Shown: positions 28,229-37,511 of the stretch, piece after piece
How the letters are laid out: every line of letters starts with the position of its first letter
How positions within the stretch are numbered: position 1 is the stretch's first letter
Assembly: GCA_040290255.1 (NCBI GenBank)
Contig: PSMU01000003.1
Location: forward strand, 64,001-128,000
Length of the DNA: 64,000 bases
Reading direction: 5' to 3'
DNA from: Nitrososphaerota archaeon
Lineage (GTDB): Archaea; Thermoproteota; Nitrososphaeria; PSMU01
The notes under the pieces: generated by a model
Seen by the model: only the letters and a program-made list of their open reading frames with translations
Database searches by the model: none
Told to the model about the DNA's origin: nothing
Translations under genes and position numbers: made by a program

Positions 28229-28621
28229 TTGGCGAGCCCGCAGAGGAGGGTGCTGGACCAAAGGACCTATCTACTCAAGCTGCTGGACGCGGTCTTCGGC
28301 ATCGATGCCAGGATCAGGTCCGCCTCGATCTATGAAGACCAGTACTTGATCGGAGGGGGCATGAGGCCGGGCGTGGCCTCCTTTGAGCCGGATGAGGTGG
28401 CCAAGCAGATAGACCTCGAATTCGCGACCATCGCGAAGTTAGCGGCCGGCTGGGAGAGGTGGTTCGGCAGGATGGGAGCGGTGTACGTAACCTATGATAA
28501 GGTGAACCTTTACTTCTTCAGGCTGGGCGGCAAGCGCTTTATGGTCGTGAGCGCCGAGCCCTCGCTGGCCCCCGAGCTCGTCACCAGGGGCGTACAGGAG
28601 GCCCTCAGGGCGCTGGGCTAG
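28229..28621 (+). CDS. DUF6659-like (roadblock/profilin-like) protein
   Basis: DxRIRxA...GGMRPGV...YDKV pattern resembles the thaumarchaeal DUF6659 family. Confidence 0.65.
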   Translation: MASPQRRVLDQRTYLLKLLDAVFGIDARIRSASIYEDQYLIGGGMRPGVASFEPDEVAKQIDLEFATIAKLAAGWERWFGRMGAVYVTYDKVNLYFFRLGGKRFMVVSAEPSLAPELVTRGVQEALRALG

Positions 28622-29285
28622 GGCTGGGGACGCGCAGGGCGGGGTCCTCAAGGCCTAATTCGCTGAAGGCCCTTCTTCGGGCCTCGCAGCCCCCGCAGGC
28701 GCCACAGGGCTCTTTCCGCCTTTCATGGCAGCTCCAGGTGAGCTCCAGCGGCGCGCCGAGCCTCAGGCCCAGCTTTATCACCTCGGCCTTGCTCAGCAAA
28801 ATCAGGGGCGCGAGCAGGCGCAGCGGCCTGCGGCTAGAGGAGACGAGCCCCTCGTTGATCAGCTCGTTCAGCTTGGCCAAGTAGCCCGGTGAGCTATCGG
28901 GATAGAGCTGCGCATCGCTCGAGATATGCCCTCCCATCAGCTTATCGATGCCCAACTCCTCGGCCCAGGCCGCGGCCAGGCCGTAGTAGATCAGGTTCTT
29001 GGCGGGCAAATAGCTCGGGGAGGCCCCGTGTGCCTCGCTGAGGGGATGAGGGGGGGCGAGCTTCATATCGGCCAGCTCCTTGAGCTGCGGCAGCTCGATG
29101 ATCCTGTGCTCGACCACGCCCGCCGCCCGGGCCAGGGCCTTGGCGCTGCTCAGCTCCCTGTCGTGGTTGAGGGGATAATGGTTCACCGTGAGCGCGTAGA
29201 GCTGCCAGCCCCTTTGCCTTGCCCACCAGAGGCAGACGGCGGAGTCTATGCCGCCCGACAGAAGGACTATGACGCCCTCCGCCAC
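28605..29285 (-). CDS. queC: 7-cyano-7-deazaguanine synthase
   Basis: SGGIDS PP-loop, YLPAKN, YPD, TWSC...CGxCxxC Zn motif. Confidence 0.93.
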   Translation of the reverse strand: MAEGVIVLLSGGIDSAVCLWWARQRGWQLYALTVNHYPLNHDRELSSAKALARAAGVVEHRIIELPQLKELADMKLAPPHPLSEAHGASPSYLPAKNLIYYGLAAAWAEELGIDKLMGGHISSDAQLYPDSSPGYLAKLNELINEGLVSSSRRPLRLLAPLILLSKAEVIKLGLRLGAPLELTWSCHERRKEPCGACGGCEARRRAFSELGLEDPALRVPSPSPAP

Positions 29286-29306
29286 GCGGGCAGCGGGGGC
29301 CTCTTA

Positions 29307-30530
29307 TTAAAAGGGCTTCTGAGGGTTCAGCAGGCTGAAGAAGATACGTATGGCCTCCTGGCTGCCCCTATCCTTTCCCGCCAGCTCCAGCACCCTCCCC
29401 TCTATTTCGCCCACGAACTCATCCGTGAACTTGGCCGTTAGGCCTATCACGCTGTCCACGAGGTCCAGCGCCAGGGGCAGGTTGGTGCCCTCGTTGAAGA
29501 AGTGCGGCTGACCCAGCAGCTCCAGCAGGCGCTCGCGGCCCAGCGAACTTGGATACTCGATCTCGCAGGGGGGCAGATAGGGGTATGCCCTCACCTGAAG
29601 CCTCTTAAGGCCCTCAAACTCAGAGGAGTCAAGGTCCAGCGACCTAAAGGGCTCATAGACCGTCTCGCGAGCACGCCTCAGGACCGCTTCCTCGACCTGC
29701 TCGGGGGTGATGCCTATCCCCTTTTCCCCGGCGCCCTCGGGAAGCTGGTTCTGCAAGGAGCCCTGCTGCGCCCACCGGGCCACATGTGTATACACGGGCA
29801 CGGGCACGCCCTCGCGCAGGAGCTTCGAATAATCGAAGAAGGAGCCGGGCGGCATTATGTAGGAGAGGGTCAGCTTATCAATGACAAGGGCCAAGGGGTC
29901 CTTGCTGTTCCTTAGGGCCAGATAGCCGCCTATGGCCCTCGTATGGCTCCTCTTTATGACTCCTATCGCCCTGCCGCTCTTCAGTAGCTTTAACGTGGCA
30001 TCGTAGGCCTCCCGCAGCACCCTATGCTCCTGCTCGTGGAAGAGGCCCTCCTTTATCATGCGGTTGACGGGGTACATGAAGCCTTGAAAGCTGCCGTCCA
30101 AGATGACCAAGTCAGCGCGGCTCAACATCTCGAGGGCCAGCTTCCTCTCCTCCGCGCTCACGAGTAGCTCGAAGAAGTACCTGCTCCTTTCCGCGGAGAG
30201 CGCCTGCCTCCTCTTGAAGACGCCGGCCCTGAACTCATCCTTCCTCTCCAGCCCTCTTAGCAGCGTAGCGCCCACCGTGAAGACGCCGCATCGCAGCCCC
30301 AGCCTCTCGCTGAGCCTCGGCGAGCGGGAGCCATCGACCGCGGCCACCCAGGACAATTCCTGAGTAGAGGGGAGGGGTTCCATGAGGGGCAGCAGCTCCT
30401 TCCTTAGCTCGGCGAGCCGGCGCCTTAGCTCCTCGACTACGGGGGCTATTCTGCGCGATTCGTCCTCGGCCAGCCTGAAGAACTCGTGCTGCAGGTCCTG
30501 CGGAAGCTTCAGCCACTCTATCTCTTCCAT
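29307..30530 (-). CDS. nurA: NurA-family nuclease
   Basis: AAVDGS, VILDGS, GVIKRS motifs; directly downstream of HerA. Confidence 0.82.
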   Translation of the reverse strand: MEEIEWLKLPQDLQHEFFRLAEDESRRIAPVVEELRRRLAELRKELLPLMEPLPSTQELSWVAAVDGSRSPRLSERLGLRCGVFTVGATLLRGLERKDEFRAGVFKRRQALSAERSRYFFELLVSAEERKLALEMLSRADLVILDGSFQGFMYPVNRMIKEGLFHEQEHRVLREAYDATLKLLKSGRAIGVIKRSHTRAIGGYLALRNSKDPLALVIDKLTLSYIMPPGSFFDYSKLLREGVPVPVYTHVARWAQQGSLQNQLPEGAGEKGIGITPEQVEEAVLRRARETVYEPFRSLDLDSSEFEGLKRLQVRAYPYLPPCEIEYPSSLGRERLLELLGQPHFFNEGTNLPLALDLVDSVIGLTAKFTDEFVGEIEGRVLELAGKDRGSQEAIRIFFSLLNPQKPF

Positions 30531-30531
30531 G

Positions 30532-32031
30532 CTAGCTCCCCTCAGGCGGGGTGTAGGTGATGAGCAGCGGAACCGGTGAGGGGTTCATGAGGCCGGAGAA
30601 GTAGAACCTGCCCTGCTCGAGCAGGAGCAGCCTGTCGGGCGTGATCCCGTAGGGCGAAAGCCACTCGGCGGCGCCGCCTTCCCCTCCCGCATCCAGCGGG
30701 TGAATCCTGCCTATGAAGTGTGTGTTGAGGTTCCTCCTCACGGCCGCGTTGATGCCTATCTCACCCTTTATGCCCTGGGCTATGAGCGTGAGGTTCAGCC
30801 CCCTCTTCCTGCCCAGCGCGGCGAGGTTCTTGATGAGCTCCGCGCTCTCCGCCTGTATGCCCTTCGGGTCCCAGGGCGCGTACTGGGGCGCTTCGTCTAT
30901 GATGAGCGCTATGTTCAGCGTCCTGCCCTCCTCCATGAGCCGGTACAGATGCCTGCCCAGGCCCAGGAAGAACCCTATCTTGGCCTCTGCCGTCATGCCC
31001 CCCAGGTCTAGGACGAGCATCTGGAGGCTCTGCAGGAGCTCGTTTGAGAGCTCCTCGACCGCCAGCGTGCCCAGCAGGGGGCGGAGGTCCTCGGGCTTGA
31101 GGCGCCTGAAGACGCGCCTCGCGGCCCTTTGGGCCGAGGCCTTCCAGGTGTCATGGCGCACCTTCTCCAGGCTGGACATCACGTACTCCCTGAGGCGCTC
31201 CCACAGGAGCATCTCCTCCTTTTTCCCGGGGCTGGCCTCGGCCTGCTTCTTAGCAGCGATAACCTCATCGCGCCAGCGCTCTAGGAACTCGTCGATGGCA
31301 TCACGGACATAGTCATTTTTGGAAAAGTCCGACGTCTTTCCCCTCAGGTAGCTGGACATCGACTCCTCATCCAGCGCCACCTCTGAGAGCTTCACCACCT
31401 TGGCGTGGTCGGCGTCCGCGTAAAATGGGGCGTAGTCGGTCCCGCTCCAGTCCAAGACGAGGATGCGGTAGCCGGCCTGCCTTAGCAGCGGGAGGAGGAT
31501 GAAGCGCGTGAACCAGCTCTTCCCCGAGCCCGTCGTGCCGTAAACGCCTATGTGAAACGGTATGTATGCCCTCCTCATGGGCACCCTCCAGGAGGGGTGC
31601 CCCTCCACATATGCCCCGCTCCAGAGCACATCCTCCCCCCTGGCGAGCAGCTCGAGGGGCCTATCCTGGCCCTCCTCCAGCAGGAAGACGGGCGAGCGGG
31701 GCTGAATGATTGCCCTGTTGAACCTGATGCCCTGCTCCGTTACGATGCCTATGGGCCTGATGGTGAAGGAGTAAACTTCGCGGGCCCCGGAGGGTTCACC
31801 GCCATACTTCATGTAGGCCACATCCGGCCTATAAGAGGTGTGGCTCAGGAACTCGTTCTTGCCCAGGCCCTCCCTCAGCACGCCAAGGATCTCGGCCACG
31901 GGGTTCTCCTCACCGCCGTTCTTGATGAGCGCCAGCTCCTCCGCGAGCACCCTCTTCTCCTCGTCCTTTTGTAGGATGACCTTGGCCGAGGCCTCGGTGG
32001 CCCCATCGGCCACCCTGCCGATCAGCCTCAC
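30532..32031 (-). CDS. herA: HerA/FtsK-family ATPase (DUF87)
   Basis: HAS-barrel-like N-terminus, HIGVYGTTGSGKS, IIDEA, GRKRG...AQ motifs. Confidence 0.88.
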   Translation of the reverse strand: MRLIGRVADGATEASAKVILQKDEEKRVLAEELALIKNGGEENPVAEILGVLREGLGKNEFLSHTSYRPDVAYMKYGGEPSGAREVYSFTIRPIGIVTEQGIRFNRAIIQPRSPVFLLEEGQDRPLELLARGEDVLWSGAYVEGHPSWRVPMRRAYIPFHIGVYGTTGSGKSWFTRFILLPLLRQAGYRILVLDWSGTDYAPFYADADHAKVVKLSEVALDEESMSSYLRGKTSDFSKNDYVRDAIDEFLERWRDEVIAAKKQAEASPGKKEEMLLWERLREYVMSSLEKVRHDTWKASAQRAARRVFRRLKPEDLRPLLGTLAVEELSNELLQSLQMLVLDLGGMTAEAKIGFFLGLGRHLYRLMEEGRTLNIALIIDEAPQYAPWDPKGIQAESAELIKNLAALGRKRGLNLTLIAQGIKGEIGINAAVRRNLNTHFIGRIHPLDAGGEGGAAEWLSPYGITPDRLLLLEQGRFYFSGLMNPSPVPLLITYTPPEGS

Positions 32032-32107
32032 GCCAGTTTACCGCCGGGGGCGCCTTTTTAATCTTGGAGGGCAAGGCTGATGTAGGTGTAGGGGGAGTGG
32101 TCCTAGC

Positions 32108-32464
32108 GTGAAGCGCCTCATAAATGGGCTCATTTACTGCTCTGTGGCGCTGGGCGCGCTGCTGCTGGCCCAGTTGCTATATCTGGCGCCGCGATGGCTC
32201 TTCATGAGCGTCGCGGCCGGCTGGGCGGCCTACCTCGTAGCCGCCCTCCTGGCTTTTAAGGGCAGCAGGCTCGCCTACCCTCTGACGCTGGCGCTGTCTG
32301 CCCTGGCCCTGCTCGCCTCCTTGGGAAATCCCGTGCACTGGGCCTATGTCAGGTATGGCGAGGCGCTGCCGGCCTTCACCTTCCTCGCAGGCGATGCCGT
32401 GCAGCTCGCGCTGCTTTTCCTTATCCCCCTATATCTGCTGAGGAGGAGCGGCGGGAACCGCTAG
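32108..32464 (+). CDS. 4-TM hypothetical membrane protein
   Basis: Hydrophobic, NPVH motif, fills the gap between herA and trmY. Confidence 0.65.
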   Translation: MKRLINGLIYCSVALGALLLAQLLYLAPRWLFMSVAAGWAAYLVAALLAFKGSRLAYPLTLALSALALLASLGNPVHWAYVRYGEALPAFTFLAGDAVQLALLFLIPLYLLRRSGGNR

Positions 32465-33054
32465 AGGCCCCGGCGGTCGAGCTCGTTGTGGCAGAGCGTG
32501 ATGACGTGGCTCGCATGATACAGCTGGGGGCCCACCGAGATGCGCTTGGCCCCCAGCCGCTCGAGGAAGAGCTCCTCCTTCCTAGGAAGGCCTATCTGGT
32601 CGCCCAAGATAAAGACCGGCGCGGGGCCCAGCTGCGCGCTCCTGATATCCTCTCCCTTGGGATGAAGGTATAGCAGCTGGCCGTTCAGCGCCCTGAGCTG
32701 GGCCTCAAAGGCCCTCTTGGCCACGACGATGCCCTCTTGCACCTTGACTTCCTGGCCCAAGGTTAGGCCAAGGCCCTTCGCCAGCGCGCCCCTGATCATC
32801 TTGGCGATGCTGACCTCATCGGGCCTCAGGCCCCTTATCGTGGAGCCGAAGAAGGAGAGCACCTTGGGAGGGCTGGCCGGGCCCTGCAGGCAGCAGTGGA
32901 TCGAGCTGTCCTGCCTGAGCCTCCCGGCCAAGAAGAGCGCGCTGCTGACGCACCTGCAGACCTCGTCCATCCTGCCCCCTGAGCCGGGGAGGTCGAGGAG
33001 GTCGAAGTCGGGCGTGGTTTTAGCCTTCAGGGCTAATAGCACGAAGGCCCGCAT
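32461..33054 (-). CDS. trmY: tRNA (pseudouridine54-N1)-methyltransferase
   Basis: DLPGSGGRMD..CRC, PDE, FILGD, ISVGP, HASH, HNELD motifs. Confidence 0.93.
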   Translation of the reverse strand: MRAFVLLALKAKTTPDFDLLDLPGSGGRMDEVCRCVSSALFLAGRLRQDSSIHCCLQGPASPPKVLSFFGSTIRGLRPDEVSIAKMIRGALAKGLGLTLGQEVKVQEGIVVAKRAFEAQLRALNGQLLYLHPKGEDIRSAQLGPAPVFILGDQIGLPRKEELFLERLGAKRISVGPQLYHASHVITLCHNELDRRGL

Positions 33055-33055
33055 G

Positions 33056-33817
33056 CTAACGAGCCAGCGGCCTCAGCAGTCCTATGTTGGGAAAGCGCTT
33101 TACCTCATGCCCTATGTCGATGAGGTAGGGCACAAAGGCCTCCAGCTCGGAGCTGCGCAGGATGGGGCTCAGCAGCTCGCTGGGCGGCAGCTCGTTGACG
33201 TCGCTCCCCAGGGCCAACGGCGAGACCGACGGAAGCACCACGAGCTCCCTCCCCTTCCACGTGCCCTCTAGGAAGGCCTTGTACCGGTGCCGGAAGCCCA
33301 GGTCATCCCTTATGACGACCGAGGGGTGCTCATGTCCCGTCACGATGAGCCTAGCCTCCTCGGGCAGCACGTGGGGATCCAGGTGGCCATGAAAGAAGGC
33401 GATGTCCTCCAGCAGGAGCGCGGGGTCATGCAGGGGGAGGCCCAGCTCCCTGAGGATCGCGGCGATGTAGTTGTCGTGGTTGCCCCTGACTACGTCCACG
33501 TGCAGGCCCTTCTGCAGGAGAACCCTGAGGAGCTTCTTCACGCCCGCCCACTCCGTCGGCTGAGGATAGCCGAACTCATGCTTCACGTCGCCCAGAAGCA
33601 CTACCCTCTGCACCCCGAGCCTCTCTAGCGGCCTCGTAACATAGGCGAGGATCTCCGGCAACAGGCTGCGGGGAATATGAATGCCCTCCCTCTCCCTCTG
33701 CTCCTCCAGCCCTATGTGCAGGTCGGCCACGGCGACGGCGCTGAGCTTCTCTATCAGCAACGCCGGCCAGGGGTGCACGATGTAGATGCCGCGCCTGACC
33801 TGCACCAGCTGCTCCAA
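33056..33817 (-). CDS. Calcineurin-like metallophosphoesterase (Lhr-associated, SbcD/Mre11-related)
   Basis: ADLHIG, GDVKH, GNHD, HGH, GHEHP motifs. Confidence 0.92.
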   Translation of the reverse strand: MEQLVQVRRGIYIVHPWPALLIEKLSAVAVADLHIGLEEQREREGIHIPRSLLPEILAYVTRPLERLGVQRVVLLGDVKHEFGYPQPTEWAGVKKLLRVLLQKGLHVDVVRGNHDNYIAAILRELGLPLHDPALLLEDIAFFHGHLDPHVLPEEARLIVTGHEHPSVVIRDDLGFRHRYKAFLEGTWKGRELVVLPSVSPLALGSDVNELPPSELLSPILRSSELEAFVPYLIDIGHEVKRFPNIGLLRPLAR

Positions 33818-33852
33818 GGCGGCGCCAGAAGGAGGGCGCGGCTGATATGCTT

Positions 33853-36489
33853 TTACGATGATGGCGCCAGCCCCAGCTTCCTCATGACGCTTTCGTGCAG
33901 GTACTGAAGGAGCTTCTTCCTGTCCTCCATCAGCACCACGTCGGAATAGCCCAGCAGGATTATCTCATGAGTGAAGGGGGAGGGAACCTCCAAGGGGGGC
34001 GTGACGTAATACCGCCTCAGGGCCCACTCAATATCCCTGAGCACGAGCTTGGCATTCTCCACATCCATCACGTCCTCCATCACCTCCCTGAGCGTCTCCT
34101 CCAGCACGGGAAAGCCGGGCAGCTGCTCCGCCAGCTTGAGCAGGATCTGGCTGTTCACCTGTTGCTTGCCCAGGCTTATCTCGTAGCCCTTGTAGCTGCG
34201 GAGGATCATGAGGCTCCTGGTGGCGCAGTGCCTGAAGCGGCGCCTCACCATCTCCGTGTGCCTTATCGCCTCCCTCAGCAGCTCCCTGAGCCTGTCGGAG
34301 GTGACCTGCCTGAGGAGCCATTGGGGGCTTATGGCCGTGCCCGGCGGGAGCGTCAGCGCGAAGCCGGAATCGGTGACGCTCACGCCCACGTTCATTGAGT
34401 AAGCGCTGGCGAGCGCGTATGCATAGGCCCGCGAGAGGGCATCGTTAACCCTCCTGCCGAAGGTGCAGAGGAAGATGATGTTCTGCCTGCCCTTCTCATC
34501 CCTGTAGTCCTCCACCAGTATCGTGCGGTTATCGGGCCTGGCCGGTATGCCCAGCTGGCGCAGGTAGAGGTCCTCGGCCCTGAAGTAAGAGAGCACGGCC
34601 CGGGCGGCCCTCTCGGTGGCGTGGCACTCCTCCATGATGAACCTTATCACCTCATGCTCTGGCCTGCCCTGCCTCAGCATCTCGAAGAGCTGCGCGCGAA
34701 AGGCGCCTATGGCCTCGCCCAGCTCAAAGCTCAGCGGCAACAGCTCGCTGAACCAAGAGGGGATCGTGGGCCTTTCCCCCTCGGCGGGGCTCACATAGGC
34801 CTTCATGCCCTTGGCATAGTGAAAGCGATAAGGCCTTCCGCCCAAGATGAAGACGTCGCCGGGCGTGAGCCTCTCCAAAAACTCCTCCTCCAGCGTGCCG
34901 ACCGCCCTGCCCTTGAGCAGGTAGACCTTCACGTCGGCCTCATCGGGAATGGTGCCGACGTTGCTGGCATAGATGGCCCTCATCAGCGGGCCCCTTCTCC
35001 CGAAGGCATCGTCCGAGGGATCGTACCAGATCTTGCCGTAAACCTTGATGTCCTCGAGGCTCTTGAAGCCGCCCGCCAGGTACCTGATGACGCGCCGCAG
35101 CTCCTCCTCCTGCAGGTCATGATAGGGGTAGCTGCGCCTAATCACCCTGAGCGCCTCGCTCACCTTCCACCTTCTCTCCACGGCCATCCCGACGACGTGC
35201 TGGGCCAGCACGTCCAGCGGCTTCTTGGGGATGTGAGCCCTATCGAGCCTGTTCTTATACGCCTCCGCCGCCATCACGCAGTCCTCCACCAGGTCATCTC
35301 GCTCGAGCGCGATGAGCCTCCCCCTGGAGACCCTGTCTAAGGCATGGCCGGAGCGGCCCACCCTCTGCAGGCAGCGGGAGATGGACTTGGGCGACCCTAT
35401 CTGAATCACGAGGTCGATGGTGCCGATGTCGATCCCCAGCTCCAGGCTGGTGGAGGTGACCACCACCTTCATCTCGCCCGACTTGAGCCTGTCCTCCACC
35501 TCCTTCCTGAGCTCACGAGAAAGGGAGCTGTGATGGGCGGCCAGCCTGTCCGCATCGACGGCCCCCAGCTTCCTCAGGTGATAGACCACCCTCTCCGTGC
35601 CAGATCTGGTGTTGGTGAAGATGAGCGTGGTCCTATGCCCCTCTATCAGCTTGGAGATGAGGGAGTAGAGGGCCTGAGAGGTTTCCTCGCTGCCGGAGTA
35701 GATCAGGTCATCGACGGGGCAGTCCACGAGCAGGTCCAGGGGCTTTACGAAGCGCGCATCCACCAAATAGCAGCCCCTGCCCCTGCCCTCATCATCATAC
35801 CCGACCAGGAAGCGGGCCACTTCATCCAAGGGATGTATCGTGGCCGAAAGGCCTATCCTGCAGAAGTCGCCCCCCGTCAGCTCCCTGAGCCTCTCGAGGC
35901 TGAGCGAGAGGTGCGTGCCCCTCTTGGAGCCGCAGAGCTCATGAATCTCGTCCACGACCACCCAGCGCACGCCTCGCAGCAGCTCCCTGAACTTCCTGGC
36001 CACGAGCACGATGGCCAGCGTTTCGGGCGTGGTGATGAGCAGGTGAGGGGGCTTCCTGAGCATCCTGCTCCTCTCGCTGCTGGGCGTGTCGCCCGTCCTC
36101 ACCGCCAGCCTTATGTCGGGCAGCTCGGCACCCCTCTCCTTCGCGAGGGCGGTGATTCCGTTCAGCGGTTCCAAGAGGTTCTTGTAGATGTCGTTGTTCA
36201 GCGCCCTTAGGGGGCTCACGTAGACGCAATAGACCTGATCCTCGAGCTTTCCCTCCCTGCCCAGCCGGATGAGCTCATTCAGTATGCTAAGGAAGGCGGC
36301 CAGCGTCTTTCCGCTGCCCGTGGGGGCCGCGATGAGCGTATTCTTGCCCTCGTGTATGTTCGGTATCGCATAGCGCTGCGGAGGCGTGAGGTCCTGAAAG
36401 CGCCTTGAGAACCACTCGGCCACGACGGGGTCAAGCAAGGTGAGCACCTCCTCCTTGGAGTACGGCCTCTCCAGCAGGAGGATACTCAC
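33853..36489 (-). CDS. lhr: Lhr-family SF2 helicase (Lhr-core)
   Basis: APTGSGKT, DEIH, SAT, AHHSSL, SLELGID, QRVGRSGH, PSW motifs; start placed at GTG 36489. Confidence 0.95.
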   Translation of the reverse strand: MSILLLERPYSKEEVLTLLDPVVAEWFSRRFQDLTPPQRYAIPNIHEGKNTLIAAPTGSGKTLAAFLSILNELIRLGREGKLEDQVYCVYVSPLRALNNDIYKNLLEPLNGITALAKERGAELPDIRLAVRTGDTPSSERSRMLRKPPHLLITTPETLAIVLVARKFRELLRGVRWVVVDEIHELCGSKRGTHLSLSLERLRELTGGDFCRIGLSATIHPLDEVARFLVGYDDEGRGRGCYLVDARFVKPLDLLVDCPVDDLIYSGSEETSQALYSLISKLIEGHRTTLIFTNTRSGTERVVYHLRKLGAVDADRLAAHHSSLSRELRKEVEDRLKSGEMKVVVTSTSLELGIDIGTIDLVIQIGSPKSISRCLQRVGRSGHALDRVSRGRLIALERDDLVEDCVMAAEAYKNRLDRAHIPKKPLDVLAQHVVGMAVERRWKVSEALRVIRRSYPYHDLQEEELRRVIRYLAGGFKSLEDIKVYGKIWYDPSDDAFGRRGPLMRAIYASNVGTIPDEADVKVYLLKGRAVGTLEEEFLERLTPGDVFILGGRPYRFHYAKGMKAYVSPAEGERPTIPSWFSELLPLSFELGEAIGAFRAQLFEMLRQGRPEHEVIRFIMEECHATERAARAVLSYFRAEDLYLRQLGIPARPDNRTILVEDYRDEKGRQNIIFLCTFGRRVNDALSRAYAYALASAYSMNVGVSVTDSGFALTLPPGTAISPQWLLRQVTSDRLRELLREAIRHTEMVRRRFRHCATRSLMILRSYKGYEISLGKQQVNSQILLKLAEQLPGFPVLEETLREVMEDVMDVENAKLVLRDIEWALRRYYVTPPLEVPSPFTHEIILLGYSDVVLMEDRKKLLQYLHESVMRKLGLAPSS

Positions 36490-36569
36490 AGGGGGGCCGC
36501 GCGAAGGAGAGGCGTAAAAGGGTTGCGCACGGTCAGGCATTTATGCGAAGGCAAGGAGGGGAGGTGGGC

Positions 36570-37454
36570 TTGAAGATGGGCGTGTGCATACCGCACTTCG
36601 GCAGCAACCTTTCAAACAGGCATGTGTTCGGCGTGGCCAAGCGGGCCGAGGAGCTTGGGTACGACTCTATCTGGGTCACGGACCACATCGCGGTCAATGA
36701 GGCCAACAGGTATCCCTATGGACGCATATATGAGGCGCTGACCACGCTCTCCGCCATCACGGCCATAACGTCGAGGATCCTGCTGGGCACCTCGATCATC
36801 GTCCTGCCGATGAGAAACCCCCTCATCGTGGCGAAGGAGCTGGCCACGATAGACAACCTCAGCGAAGGGCGGCTCATCGCCGGCCTTGCGGCGGGCTGGT
36901 GCGAGCCCGAGTTCAGGAACTTGGGGGCTCAATTTGCCAACAGGGGGCGCCGGCTCGCCGAGGCGGTGCGCCTTTTAAGGGCCCTCTGGAGCAGCGAGAG
37001 GCCCAAGTTCGAGGGAAACTTCTACTCGCTTCACGATGCGGTCTTTGAGCCCCTGCCACGACAAAGAGGTGGTCCTCCCATCTGGCTGGGCGGCAACTCC
37101 CTGGCCGCGTACAGGAGGGCCTTAAAGCTCGCGGACGGCTGGCATCCCACCGGCCTCGCTCCGGAGGAGCTCGAGGGCCGCATCGCGCAAGCCACTGAAA
37201 GGGTGCACGAGGGGTTCACGTTCTCGGCGCGGCTTACCGTCGACCTAGGGGCCCCGGGCAAGAAGGTATCAAGGGCGCCCTCCGGGGAAAAGAGGGTCAT
37301 ACTCGGAGGCCCTCCCTCGAGCGTTGCCGAGGACCTCGCCGCCTATAAGCGGGCCGGACTAAAGCACTTAGCGCTCTACTTCGGCGACGTTCCATACGAA
37401 GAGTATGTGAGGAGGGTGCAGGCCTTCGCGGCGGAGGTTCGCCCTTCGCTCTGA
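36570..37454 (+). CDS. LLM-class, probably F420-dependent, oxidoreductase (Rv2161c-like)
   Basis: GYDSIWVTDH, AKELATIDNLSEGR, PPIWLGGNS, ADGWHP motifs; SD GAGGTG at 36561-36566. Confidence 0.88.
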   Translation: MKMGVCIPHFGSNLSNRHVFGVAKRAEELGYDSIWVTDHIAVNEANRYPYGRIYEALTTLSAITAITSRILLGTSIIVLPMRNPLIVAKELATIDNLSEGRLIAGLAAGWCEPEFRNLGAQFANRGRRLAEAVRLLRALWSSERPKFEGNFYSLHDAVFEPLPRQRGGPPIWLGGNSLAAYRRALKLADGWHPTGLAPEELEGRIAQATERVHEGFTFSARLTVDLGAPGKKVSRAPSGEKRVILGGPPSSVAEDLAAYKRAGLKHLALYFGDVPYEEYVRRVQAFAAEVRPSL

Positions 37455-37511
37455 CCGCTTCCTCAACGCTGCGCGGGCCATAAGCCCAAGCGGGAGGCGG
37501 GCTAGAGCGCG

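Noticed and set aside
28605-29285. QueC as a Qat/CBASS-type defence component
   Set aside because: Length and motifs are those of the ordinary preQ0/archaeosine enzyme, and no cyclase, TatD or TGT partner is nearby. Kept only as context in the HerA-NurA finding.
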